Shown one piece after another: positions 37,097-46,982 of a DNA stretch of 64,000 bases. How positions within the stretch are numbered: position 1 is the stretch's first letter; each line of letters begins with the position of its first letter. The translations under genes and the position numbers were made by a program. This DNA is from an uncultured bacterium (GTDB taxonomy: Bacteria; Patescibacteriota; Patescibacteriia; Patescibacteriales; UBA12465). The DNA is taken from contig CAIQRY010000065.1 in assembly GCA_903874345.1 (NCBI GenBank), positions 2,679-66,678 on the forward strand, in the 5' to 3' direction. The notes under the pieces were generated by a model. The model ran no database searches and had not been told where the DNA came from. It saw only the letters and a program-made list of their open reading frames with translations.

Positions 37097-37768
37097 CTAA
37101 TTTTGGTTCTTCATCAAGCGCACAGACAAGCAGACTGTGCTGGTATTATCCAATAAATGCCGCGGCGCAAAATACCAGATTGGGAAATCTAAGCCGATCG
37201 TAAAATAGTGCTTATTGCCGGTGTCTAAAATATCCCAACAGGAAATTAAGGAGCTACTCAGACCAGCATCTGACCAAATTCCGAAGCCGACTCCGGGCGC
37301 AAAGATGCTTGAGCCGATTTCCGGTCCTTTGGCGTAAAGGCCGCATTGCATTACCGGGTAACCATAGCGTTTTATATCTCCATTAGCCTTGAGGTCTGTA
37401 AATATCTTATGAATTTCCTCGGCTGTAGGCAAACGGCGGCCGGCTTTGGCGACTTCTCTTTTGGCGGCGGTGAGCGAGAACAGGAAATGATTTTCATATA
37501 CTCCCTGGCAGACTCCTTTACTTAAATAGATTTCAATATCGGTCGAATCCTTAGGATCGATTCGACAGAGAACGTTATAGAAAGCATTGACGCGGATGGT
37601 TGTCCAAACGCCGTCATTGAAGTTAACGTCTGAAGGAGCAAAATCCGACTGCTCGATATAGGGACAATAAGGAAAAACTTCTATCTGCTCTTTCTTCTGG
37701 CAGGAATAGAAAGTTAGAAGAACGCCAAAAAAGATAAAGAAAATAACTACTTTACCAACAAGCTTCAT
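37097..37768 (-). CDS. Hypothetical lipoprotein (FISUMP/DUF1566-like motifs)
   Basis: Lipobox FYSC; RRLPTAEE and C-terminal SVRLMK. Confidence 0.6.
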   Translation of the reverse strand: MKLVGKVVIFFIFFGVLLTFYSCQKKEQIEVFPYCPYIEQSDFAPSDVNFNDGVWTTIRVNAFYNVLCRIDPKDSTDIEIYLSKGVCQGVYENHFLFSLTAAKREVAKAGRRLPTAEEIHKIFTDLKANGDIKRYGYPVMQCGLYAKGPEIGSSIFAPGVGFGIWSDAGLSSSLISCWDILDTGNKHYFTIGLDFPIWYFAPRHLLDNTSTVCLSVRLMKNQN

Positions 37769-37837
37769 ACTCAACTAGTTTTGTTAATGATCTGGTTTAT
37801 TTTGATGCCAACACTATAACATTAATTAAATAATTTG

Positions 37838-39595
37838 TCAATCTACCTCTCCCATGGATTGCAGTTTCAAAAGTTTGGCATATAAACCGCCTGAAAACTG
37901 GGATAATTCAGCGTGGCTCCCTTCTTCGGCGACTTGGCCGTTTTCAAGCACAATAATTTTATCCGCCTGCTTAATTGTACTTAAACGATGGGCGATAATA
38001 ATCGTTGTTCGATTCTGACTGATCTTACCGAGAGCGTTCTGAATTAATTTCTCGCTAGCGCTATCTAAGTTAGAAGTGGCTTCGTCAAAAATCAAAATCC
38101 GCGGATTAGCCAAAAGCGCGCGAGCAATCCCTAAACGCTGTCTTTGCCCACCCGATAATTTAATGCCCCGCTCGCCGACTAAAGTATCATAACCTTTATC
38201 CAAGCGTAAAATAAATTCTTCGGCGTTCGCTATTTTCGCCGCTTTTTCAATTTCCGCCAGGCTCGCCCCGGGTTTAGCATAAGCGATATTTTCTCTTACG
38301 CTCAAATCAAAAATCTCCACTTCCTGCGGCACAATGGCTAAAAATTTCCGAAAAGCATAAAGGTCATAATCTTTTAAATTCTTACCGTCCAATAAGACTT
38401 CTCCTTCCTGCGGGTCATAATGACGATAAATCAAACGCGCAATCGTGGTTTTGCCTCCCCCCGACGGGCCGACTAGAGCCGTAACCTGATTGGCGTTCAA
38501 TTTAAAATTCAAATTGCTCACCGCCGGACGTTTATTATCACCGTAAGAAAAAGATGTATCTCTAAATTCAATTTCACCTTTGATATCTTTGGGTTTGAAA
38601 CCGCGCGGTTTATTAACAATATCGGCCGGCGCATTAAATAAAGTCATCAGTCGACTCACACCTTCTCGGCCCTCTTCCATGCGATCATAAAAACGCGAAA
38701 TACGCGATAAGGATGAATAAGCTTTTTCACTCAGCGTAAAAGCAAAAATCAATGTACCAACCGTGAGGCCGTGACGATAAACCAAATAAACACCCAAGAA
38801 CAAAACGACCACGCGACCTAAATCAACAATAAAATTTCGGCCGAGACCAATTTTCATAATCCAGGCCCATTGTTTATTCTCATTATCCCGAACATGCCGC
38901 TTAACTTTATCGAATTCATTAAGCTCCCGCTTTTCCTGAACAAAAGATTGCACGGCGTTAATATTAATAATCGCCTGTCCCATTTTACCGGAAGCAGTTT
39001 CATAATCGCGATAAATTTGTTTACGCACGGGATAAATCTTTTTGTTCGCGAAATAAGTCACAACAATATAAAACGGCGCAAAAATTAAGAAGGATAAACC
39101 GATCAACCAATTCGCCCAAAAAAGAGCGACCAAGGTTACGGCGAGCTGGACCAAAGTCGGCAAGACTTCGAAAAAAACGTTACTGATGAATTCCGAAATT
39201 TTGTCGACACCGCGTTCGATTTTTATAATTTTGGCGCCGGTATTTTCTTTTTCATGATAACCGAGGCCCAGGAAGACTAATTTTTCCTGCGCTTTGACGC
39301 CTAAAAAATATTCGACTTCAACTAGTAATTTTAAAATCAAACGGTCGCTTAAATAACCGAGAAAAGAACTTGCTTGGCCGGAAGCCCAGTATAAAACTAC
39401 GAGCTTAATGATTAAAATTAAACTATCAATCGTAAAACCGCTCAAGCCGTCGATGAGTAGCTTTAAGATATACGGTAAAATCAAATCCAAAAATGCGGCC
39501 ACGACAATAATCGCCGTAATCTTCAAAAAGAAACGACGAAAAGGCGCGAGCAAGCGCCATAATTCGGTCCAAAAAGTTTTCCAGCTGTTATTCAT
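37838..39595 (-). CDS. ABC transporter, fused permease/ATPase (MsbA-like exporter)
   Basis: TM domain, GPSGGGKT, LSGGQRQR, ILIFDEATS, IAHRLST. Confidence 0.95.
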   Translation of the reverse strand: MNNSWKTFWTELWRLLAPFRRFFLKITAIIVVAAFLDLILPYILKLLIDGLSGFTIDSLILIIKLVVLYWASGQASSFLGYLSDRLILKLLVEVEYFLGVKAQEKLVFLGLGYHEKENTGAKIIKIERGVDKISEFISNVFFEVLPTLVQLAVTLVALFWANWLIGLSFLIFAPFYIVVTYFANKKIYPVRKQIYRDYETASGKMGQAIININAVQSFVQEKRELNEFDKVKRHVRDNENKQWAWIMKIGLGRNFIVDLGRVVVLFLGVYLVYRHGLTVGTLIFAFTLSEKAYSSLSRISRFYDRMEEGREGVSRLMTLFNAPADIVNKPRGFKPKDIKGEIEFRDTSFSYGDNKRPAVSNLNFKLNANQVTALVGPSGGGKTTIARLIYRHYDPQEGEVLLDGKNLKDYDLYAFRKFLAIVPQEVEIFDLSVRENIAYAKPGASLAEIEKAAKIANAEEFILRLDKGYDTLVGERGIKLSGGQRQRLGIARALLANPRILIFDEATSNLDSASEKLIQNALGKISQNRTTIIIAHRLSTIKQADKIIVLENGQVAEEGSHAELSQFSGGLYAKLLKLQSMGEVD

Positions 39596-39690
39596 ATTGT
39601 ATTAGCCAAACGCAAAAAAAGAGGTTCCACCCCTAATCTGCTTTAATAATATACGGATAAACCCGGATAATGTTACAGTTTTGTCTAATT

Positions 39691-41115
39691 TTAGAGCAAT
39701 TTTTCCGCGAGACGAAAAACGTCGCCGGCGCCCATTAAGAGAAGCAAGTCACCGGATTTTAAGGCCTTTTTTAGATAAGTCGCTACCTGGGGAATGGTCG
39801 CGATATTTTTAACCGATTGTTTAATTTGTTTTTTGTGGTTATAAGTATTAATCGCCTTAGCTAACTCAGCGCTCGAGACGCCTCCCTGCTTTTCGCGCGC
39901 CGAGCCATAAATATCTAAAATGATTAATTCATCGGCCGTCGCAAAACTAGAAACAAAATCTTTGAATAAAGCTTTCGTTCGAGTAAAGGTATGGGGATGA
40001 AAAACGACAATTAATTTTTTATTCTGATAATGGCCGCGCAGACCGTTTAGGGTCGCCTTTATTTCGGTCGGGTGATGTGCATAGTCATCGACAATCAAAG
40101 CGCCATGATAAGATCCGAGAACTTGCGCGCGACGTTCCGTTCCTTTAAAACCGGCTAACTGTTTTTTAATGACCGAAAGCGGCACTTTTAAAATACGCGC
40201 CGCCGCGATAACCGCCAAAGCGTTTAAAACATTATGCTCGCCCCAAAGACTGATTTTAAATTCGCCTAAATTTTTACCTTTGTGAATAACCGTAAAAAAC
40301 TGATCAGCGTTTTTAAGCTTTAAATTAAGGGCGTAGTAATCGGCGCCTCTTACTTCCTTCCCTTCTCGACCAGAAGTCATTAAATCATAACTAATAATTT
40401 TTCCGGAACAAACTTTTTTTATTTTGGCCGTGTTCGAATCGGAATTATTAATCACGAGCCAGCCCGCCCGCGGAATTTTTTTTACAAAATCACTGAAAAC
40501 TTTAGTATAAGCGGCCGGGGTCTTAAAAAAATCCGGATGATCATAATCAATATTATTTAAAACCACGCCCTGCGGTTTAAAATACTGCAACTTATTTTGA
40601 TATTCATCGACTTCGGCCACAAAATATTTGGATTCTCCGTGTAAACTACTGCCCTTAAATTGTGGCACGCGGGAACCGACTAAGACATTCGGGTTTTTTT
40701 TGGCCCGCCATAAAACATAACCCAGCCAAGCGGAAACCGTAGTTTTTCCATGACTGCCGCAAACCGCGACGCCATAATATTTATTAAAGACAGCCCCCAA
40801 GGCGGCGGCATAAGATAAAATACGAACATTTTTAAAACGGTCGGGGTTCACTTTAATAAAAGCGAGCTCGCTATTATTGTCCGGCGTATAAGCGCTCGAG
40901 TAAATAATTAAATCTAAATTAGTCGGAATATTTTTCGGACTAAAGGGCGAGAGGACTTTAATTTTGGTCGCGCCCAAAACTCGATCGGTCATAAAGACGT
41001 CTTTGATGTCCGAGCCGCTAACGGCGTGCCCGGCGCGACGTAAAAACTGCGCCAGCATGGTTAAGCCGACGCCTTTAATCCCAATTAAATAAATGTTTTG
41101 TTTTGGTTCTATCAT
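39691..41115 (-). CDS. murC: UDP-N-acetylmuramate--L-alanine ligase
   Basis: GIKGVG, GSHGKTT, EVDEY, DDYAHHPTEI. Confidence 0.95.
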   Translation of the reverse strand: MIEPKQNIYLIGIKGVGLTMLAQFLRRAGHAVSGSDIKDVFMTDRVLGATKIKVLSPFSPKNIPTNLDLIIYSSAYTPDNNSELAFIKVNPDRFKNVRILSYAAALGAVFNKYYGVAVCGSHGKTTVSAWLGYVLWRAKKNPNVLVGSRVPQFKGSSLHGESKYFVAEVDEYQNKLQYFKPQGVVLNNIDYDHPDFFKTPAAYTKVFSDFVKKIPRAGWLVINNSDSNTAKIKKVCSGKIISYDLMTSGREGKEVRGADYYALNLKLKNADQFFTVIHKGKNLGEFKISLWGEHNVLNALAVIAAARILKVPLSVIKKQLAGFKGTERRAQVLGSYHGALIVDDYAHHPTEIKATLNGLRGHYQNKKLIVVFHPHTFTRTKALFKDFVSSFATADELIILDIYGSAREKQGGVSSAELAKAINTYNHKKQIKQSVKNIATIPQVATYLKKALKSGDLLLLMGAGDVFRLAEKLL

Positions 41116-42230
41116 GATGCAAAATTAATCATTTCCCAAATCAGGGCCGCAATTTTTTCGGCGGCGCCCGGCTTCATCACTTTAGCCATTTTCGCCCCGA
41201 GCGTCTCGCGCTTCGCCTCGTCCGCGAGCAAATCCTTAACTGCGCTTGCTAATTTATCCGGCGTCAACTCTGTTTGGTTCAAAACCAGAGCCGCTTGCTG
41301 TTTCTCCCATAAAGCGGCGTTGTCTTCTTGATGCGAATGTGGAATCGGAATTAGAACAGCCGGTTTTCCTAAAAATGATAACTCCGACAAAGTCCCTAGC
41401 CCGCAACGGGAAATAACTAAATCTGCGGCCGCCATTAGACTTAAAACCTCATCATGCGGTAAAAATTCAAAGGCTTGATAAGCGGTTGCGGATCTATTTT
41501 TCAAAGCCGACGATTTGCCCTGCCCCGTCAGATGAATTAACTTACAAAAGGAATCATAATTTTCAATCTCGGGAAAAATTAATTCATTTAAAGCGGTTGC
41601 TCCTGTGCCGCCGCCAATTGCTATAACTAAGGGTTTATTTTTATTTTCTAAGACGTACGGTTTAACATTCAACTCCTTGACCGGATTTCCAGTCCAAACC
41701 GCTTTCGGCCCGTAATCAATTAAAGAGCTTTCAAAAGTAACGGTCACGGCTCGAGCAAAGGGCGCCATGAGTTTATTAGCTAGTCCGGGGCGCACATCCT
41801 GTTGATGAATTAGAATTGGAATTTTTTTAAGGCTGGCCGCCCAAACCAAGGGGACACTAACAAAACTGCCAGCGGAAATAATTAACTCGGGTTTAACTTT
41901 TCTTAATATTCTTAAAGATTCAAAAAATCCAACTAAACATTTAAAAATATCTAAAAAATTACGTAGCGAAAAATAACGCCGCCATTTACCGCTCGTTAGC
42001 GCGATAAAGGTAAAGGGTTTTATATTTGCGCCGAGCGCTTGATTAAAAGACGCCACCAATTCTTTTTCTGGCCCCTTTTTAGAACCAACAAAAAAAAGTT
42101 CCCAAGACATGTCCGGCGCTGTTTCTTTTAACAATTCTTCGGCCACCGCCAAAAGAGGCGTAACCGATCCGCCGGTCCCGCCGCCGGAAAACATAAGACG
42201 ATGATTTTGTTTTTTAGTTTCTTCGGCCAC
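41112..42230 (-). CDS. murG: Lipid II GlcNAc transferase
   Basis: GGGTGGSVTP, HQQD..PGLAN, TGNPV, HQEDNA. Confidence 0.94.
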   Translation of the reverse strand: MAEETKKQNHRLMFSGGGTGGSVTPLLAVAEELLKETAPDMSWELFFVGSKKGPEKELVASFNQALGANIKPFTFIALTSGKWRRYFSLRNFLDIFKCLVGFFESLRILRKVKPELIISAGSFVSVPLVWAASLKKIPILIHQQDVRPGLANKLMAPFARAVTVTFESSLIDYGPKAVWTGNPVKELNVKPYVLENKNKPLVIAIGGGTGATALNELIFPEIENYDSFCKLIHLTGQGKSSALKNRSATAYQAFEFLPHDEVLSLMAAADLVISRCGLGTLSELSFLGKPAVLIPIPHSHQEDNAALWEKQQAALVLNQTELTPDKLASAVKDLLADEAKRETLGAKMAKVMKPGAAEKIAALIWEMINFAS

Positions 42231-42235
42231 AATTA

Positions 42236-43393
42236 TTAATTATTAATTCTTGATTGTTTAGTGTGTTTACTGATATTAACTAAAATTCCCATGGCGAGCA
42301 AGTTAGACAAAGTCGCGGTGCCGCCGGCGGAAATAAAGGGGAGTGGCACGCCCGTCATCGGAATTAGATTAATCATGCCCCCAATATTTAAAAAAGTCTG
42401 AATTGCCAGCCAAGTCACGACCCCGACAGCGAGCATGCTGCCGTAAACATCGGGCGCGCCCCGGGCAATAAGCAGACCGCGATAGAATAAAAATAAATAT
42501 AAAAGAATTAAGAGCGAACTAACTAAAAAACCGGCTTCCTCGGCAATAACCGGAAAAATCGAATCACCCCAGACTTCCGGTAAATACATATATTTCTGGC
42601 GACTCTCGCCCAGACCGCGACCGAATAAACCGCCGGAACCAACCGCAATAAGCGACTGATTAAGCTGATAACAATGACTATCCGTATTAGAGTTCGGGTC
42701 TTTAAAACATTTCAAACGTTCGTTCTGATAAGAGGCCCGCAAGCTAACCACGGCAAAAATCGCAATAGCCGCTAAGAGAATAATTAAAGCCAAATGGGAA
42801 ATTTTCGCCCCGCCCGCAAAAAAGACGACCATGGCGGTTGCCGCAATAATCAGTAAAGTGCCAAGATCGGGTTGCGCCATAAGGAGCAGCGCGATGACGA
42901 ACAAAATTGCTAAAAACGGAATAACGCCGCTGGCTAAATCGCCAACCGTATGTCGCTTGGCTTCCAGCCAAGTCGCCAAATAAATTAAGAAGGCGATCTT
43001 AACTAATTCGGAAGGCTGAAAATTGAAACCAAAAATCACAATCCAGCGATTCGCTGTCCCGATTCCGGCGCGCAAGCCGGGGATAAAAACCGCGACCAAA
43101 AGAGCAATTGAAAAAAAGAGAAAAAAAATCGCCAATTTTTTCCAAATCTGGTAATTAATCCGAGAGACAATAAAAAAACCCGCCACGGCGACGGCCAGAC
43201 TGACGAGTTGTCGAATAAAATAATGATAAGTATTGCCAAAACGCGCGTAGGAGACGACCGACGAAGCGCTAAATAGCATAACCAGGCCAAATAGAATAAG
43301 AACAAAAATAGCCGTAACGAAACTTTTGTCCGCCTCATGTTCTCCGGTCTGCGCCGTAGTAAATAATTTTTTAATTTTCCGGCCAAGCTTCAT
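42236..43393 (-). CDS. ftsW: SEDS family peptidoglycan polymerase FtsW
   Basis: RWI, FQPSELVK, QPDLGT, GSGGLFGRGLGES, TGVPLPFISAGG; dcw context. Confidence 0.92.
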   Translation of the reverse strand: MKLGRKIKKLFTTAQTGEHEADKSFVTAIFVLILFGLVMLFSASSVVSYARFGNTYHYFIRQLVSLAVAVAGFFIVSRINYQIWKKLAIFFLFFSIALLVAVFIPGLRAGIGTANRWIVIFGFNFQPSELVKIAFLIYLATWLEAKRHTVGDLASGVIPFLAILFVIALLLMAQPDLGTLLIIAATAMVVFFAGGAKISHLALIILLAAIAIFAVVSLRASYQNERLKCFKDPNSNTDSHCYQLNQSLIAVGSGGLFGRGLGESRQKYMYLPEVWGDSIFPVIAEEAGFLVSSLLILLYLFLFYRGLLIARGAPDVYGSMLAVGVVTWLAIQTFLNIGGMINLIPMTGVPLPFISAGGTATLSNLLAMGILVNISKHTKQSRINN

Positions 43394-43395
43394 AA

Positions 43396-44445
43396 TTAAA
43401 GTTTCTTATCGAGCAAGAAAATAATTAGTCCCATAGCCACGCCGATGCCGGCCACCACCCAAAAACGCATGACAATTTTTGCCTCGGGCCAACCGACCGC
43501 CTGGAAATGATTATGAATGGGCGATGATAAAAAAACTTTTTTATGACGGAAGCGTTTAGACAAAACCTGAATAATAACCGAGAGGGATTCGATTAAAAAG
43601 ACACAACCAATAAACAATAATAAAATTGAGCTATTGGTTAACATGGCAATAACCGCGAGCGTTATGCCTAGGCTCATGGCACCGGTATCACCTAAATAAA
43701 AGCGGGCCGGCGGAATATTAAACCAGAGAAAGGCAGATAAAGCCCCAATAATCACGCCGCAAAAAGTCGCTAGTTCATAACGACCTAAGACGAAAGAGAT
43801 AACGCTAAACGCGGCGAAGGAAATAAGTAAGGTCCCTGGCGCTAAGCCGTCTAATCCATCGGTTTCGTTTACGGAAAAAGAAGTGGCGACCAGAATAAAA
43901 ATGAAAATTGGAATATACCAGGCGCCGATTTCAAAATTACCAAGAAAAGGCACATGAAAAACGGTCCAATCTAATTTAAAATAAAACCAAAGGGCGCCGA
44001 CTAAAGCAATTAGCGTATAAATCAACAAACGATGACGGACTTTTAGTCCGCCCCCGCCAAAAACACCCTTCCCGCGTACATCAAGGTAATCATCCAGCAA
44101 ACCAATTAGTGCCGTGGCAATTAAAGCACCTAGCGGCAACAAGGTTTCGCTACGAGACCAGAAATTCAAATGTTTAATAATCCCAAAAGGTAAATACTGC
44201 GCTAAAAGATAAGAGACGATCATGAAAATCAAAACCGTGCCCCAAATTAAAACACCGCCCATGGTTGGCGTGCCTTCTTTGTGCGCATGTAGCTGACTAA
44301 AAATTGGCGTCGCGCCGTTATTTCTAATTTTCTTGCCTAATTTGTATTTATAGAGAAAATGCGTCCAGAGCGGCGTCACTAAAATCGTAAAAATAAAAGC
44401 CAGCGTGGTCAGAAAAAGGATTTTGATAATATAAAAATCAACCAT
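43396..44445 (-). CDS. mraY: Phospho-N-acetylmuramoyl-pentapeptide transferase
   Basis: KEGTPTMGG, DDY, NETDGLDGL, LGDTG, PIHNHF. Confidence 0.96.
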   Translation of the reverse strand: MVDFYIIKILFLTTLAFIFTILVTPLWTHFLYKYKLGKKIRNNGATPIFSQLHAHKEGTPTMGGVLIWGTVLIFMIVSYLLAQYLPFGIIKHLNFWSRSETLLPLGALIATALIGLLDDYLDVRGKGVFGGGGLKVRHRLLIYTLIALVGALWFYFKLDWTVFHVPFLGNFEIGAWYIPIFIFILVATSFSVNETDGLDGLAPGTLLISFAAFSVISFVLGRYELATFCGVIIGALSAFLWFNIPPARFYLGDTGAMSLGITLAVIAMLTNSSILLLFIGCVFLIESLSVIIQVLSKRFRHKKVFLSSPIHNHFQAVGWPEAKIVMRFWVVAGIGVAMGLIIFLLDKKL

Positions 44446-44455
44446 AGAGGATGAA

Positions 44456-44869
44456 TTAAAAAAAGTTTATTAAGAAAATAGACATTAGAACTAAACTTAA
44501 AAATAAACCAAAAACCGCGGCGGCGCCTAAGAGAAGATGGGTAATAACCTTAAAGTCCGCTTGGCGATAAAAGAAGGAGGACAAAATCAAGGCGACAAAA
44601 CAAGCGACTAAGCCAAAAATCGGATACAAGAAAATACGACTCGGGTCGCCGACTAAATCTACTCCAAAATCGACATTATAATGCAAAACTAGGAGATCGC
44701 CGGTTAAATTATGAAAAATTAACCAGGCTTGCAACCAGGCTAAAATCTGCCAAAAAAGCAAAATCGGCAGATAGACACGGGTCGGATAAAAACTCCAAAC
44801 AGCCAAAAAAGCCGCGCCTATTTCCTGCCCCCGGGTATGGAGACGTGCGTAGAAATTAGAGTAAGCCAT
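44456..44869 (-). CDS. Hypothetical membrane protein
   Basis: 3 TM segments, LHYNVDFGVD motif; first gene of the mraY unit. Confidence 0.7.
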   Translation of the reverse strand: MAYSNFYARLHTRGQEIGAAFLAVWSFYPTRVYLPILLFWQILAWLQAWLIFHNLTGDLLVLHYNVDFGVDLVGDPSRIFLYPIFGLVACFVALILSSFFYRQADFKVITHLLLGAAAVFGLFLSLVLMSIFLINFF

Positions 44870-44939
44870 AAAATATTAGTGATATTATCATTTTATCACA
44901 TTTTAACATAATGCCAAACAATGCTATAATAAGAGTATT

Positions 44940-45983
44940 ATGAGTCATAAAATCATTAGTCAACTCTTTCGATTAGCCAAACAGGAGGGGGCACACGGCC
45001 TCGTAATTGAGAGCGGCCTTGACCATTTAGCCCTCGATTATCATTTTCCGGATGGCGCTAAAAAAAGCTTTGCTCTACCCAAGAAATTAGAAAAAGAACT
45101 TTTGGATAGCTTGCGCCAATTGATTAAAGTCGCACCCGGCGAATTGGCTGCTAAAAAATACTGTAAAATTAACGACAAAACCCATGGGGCGGCTTTTTAT
45201 GTTACTATTCTGTCTGGCACTTACGGCGAAAAAATAATAATTAATCTGGTTGAGAAAAAACCGCGCTTGTGGTATTTAAAACAACTGGGCTGTTCGCAAG
45301 CGATTTTAAAAAATCTAAGCACCGGGCTAAAAATGCGGTCGGGTCTAATTTTAGTTAGCGGCCCGGCCTTAAGCGGTAAAAGCGCGACTCTTTATTCCTG
45401 CCTTAAAGAAGTTAACACCCATGATAAAAATATTTACCTTCTCGATGAACGCCCGGAAGAAGTTATTAGCGGCGTTAATATCCTAAATCCGACAAGCGCC
45501 AATTGGGATAAAATTCTCCAACACGATTGTGAGGTCATTGCGGTTGGCGATCTTGATCAAGACGAAAACTTAGAATACGCTGTCCGCGCCGCGGCGACCG
45601 GCCGCCTAGTCTTAGGCGCGATTACGGCGGATAATGTCTGGGCCACTTTTCAGAAAATACTCGCTCTTCCCCTCCCCTTGTCATTAAAGCTCGATAGTCT
45701 TAAGATAATGACGAGCCAGCGTCTGGCTAAAATGAAACGCCAGCCGCGCCCCCGCGCCAAAAACCAACGCCAATTTATCGCTCTCTTTGAACTCTTGAAA
45801 TTAACGCCGACGCTCAAAAAATTCATTTTAGACCACGCGGACGCCTTAGAAACCCGATCCTCAAAAATTACCGATCGCTTTTGGAAGCAACTTGCGACTC
45901 TGGCCGTTAAAGAGGGCTTTGTTCCGCTCACGGCTGAACTGAAGCGCCGCCGCCAGGAAGGAATTCTAAGGGACGCTAATTGA
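44940..45983 (+). CDS. GspE/PulE/PilB-like ATPase, degenerate
   Basis: GEKIII, GLILVSGPALSGKS Walker A, AAATGRLVL; catalytic boxes altered. Confidence 0.75.
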   Translation: MSHKIISQLFRLAKQEGAHGLVIESGLDHLALDYHFPDGAKKSFALPKKLEKELLDSLRQLIKVAPGELAAKKYCKINDKTHGAAFYVTILSGTYGEKIIINLVEKKPRLWYLKQLGCSQAILKNLSTGLKMRSGLILVSGPALSGKSATLYSCLKEVNTHDKNIYLLDERPEEVISGVNILNPTSANWDKILQHDCEVIAVGDLDQDENLEYAVRAAATGRLVLGAITADNVWATFQKILALPLPLSLKLDSLKIMTSQRLAKMKRQPRPRAKNQRQFIALFELLKLTPTLKKFILDHADALETRSSKITDRFWKQLATLAVKEGFVPLTAELKRRRQEGILRDAN

Positions 45984-45994
45984 TAAAATTATTT

Positions 45995-46657
45995 ATGAAA
46001 ATAAGCTGTGTTATTCCGGCTTACAATGAAGCTTCGCATATTCTCGCGGTCGTCACTCAAGTACGACCTTTTGTTAATGAGATAATTGTCGTTGACGATT
46101 GCTCGAAAGACGACACGGCTCGTTTGGCTAAAAACGCGGGTGCTTTGGTTCTACATCATGTGATTAATCGCGGCCAAGGGGCAGCGCTTAGGACTGGTAC
46201 GGCTTACGCTTTAATAAACGGGGCCGATATAATTATTCATTTCGACGCGGACGGTCAATTTTCGGCTACGGAAATTCCTGATCTGATCAGACCGATTTTG
46301 GAAAAACGCGCCGAAACAGTTTTAGGCTCCCGATTTTTAAATAAAAAATCGGACTTGCCTTGGAGCAAGGAACATCTGATTATGCCGCTGGCTCGTGGTA
46401 TCAACCGTCTATTTTTTAATATTCGCTTAAGCGACCCGCAGAGCGGTTTTCGCGCTCTCAGTCGCGACGCGGCTTCAAAAATAAAAATTCAAAACGACGG
46501 CATGGCGCATTGTAGCGAGATTTTATACCAATTAATGGCTAAGAAAATCAAAGTTCAAGAAGTGCCAATTACCGTCACTTATAACGAATACGGCCAAAAA
46601 TTTTCCGGCGGCCTAAAAATCATCAAAGATCTCTTAATCCAAAAATTAATTAACTAA
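45995..46657 (+). CDS. GT2 glycosyltransferase (DPM synthase-like)
   Basis: VIPAYNE, VVDD, NRGQGAA, DADGQ, DPQSGFRA. Confidence 0.93.
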   Translation: MKISCVIPAYNEASHILAVVTQVRPFVNEIIVVDDCSKDDTARLAKNAGALVLHHVINRGQGAALRTGTAYALINGADIIIHFDADGQFSATEIPDLIRPILEKRAETVLGSRFLNKKSDLPWSKEHLIMPLARGINRLFFNIRLSDPQSGFRALSRDAASKIKIQNDGMAHCSEILYQLMAKKIKVQEVPITVTYNEYGQKFSGGLKIIKDLLIQKLIN

Positions 46658-46658
46658 T

Positions 46659-46982
46659 ATGTTTCAACAAATTTTGGCTCTCATCATTATTATCTTTTTC
46701 CTCGTCCGTCTGTTCAGACAAAAAAAGAAGCAAAGCGTGAGTGGCAACGAATTTTTGCTTTGGCTAATTTTCTGGCTCTTGGCGGCCGCGGCCATTATTT
46801 TTCTAAAACCGATTGACCAGCTAGTTAAGGCCCTCGGCTTCTCGGGCGCAGCCATTAATATTCTGCTTTATATCACGGTTTTGATTCTTATTTATCTCGT
46901 CTTTCGTCTGCGTCTCACGATTGCTAAAATGGAAAAAAATATCAGCACGCTGAACGAGACTATCGCCATTAAAAAATTATGA
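46659..46982 (+). CDS. DUF2304-like small membrane protein
   Basis: 3 TM helices plus C-terminal coiled coil, directly after GT2 (typical pairing). Confidence 0.75.
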   Translation: MFQQILALIIIIFFLVRLFRQKKKQSVSGNEFLLWLIFWLLAAAAIIFLKPIDQLVKALGFSGAAINILLYITVLILIYLVFRLRLTIAKMEKNISTLNETIAIKKL

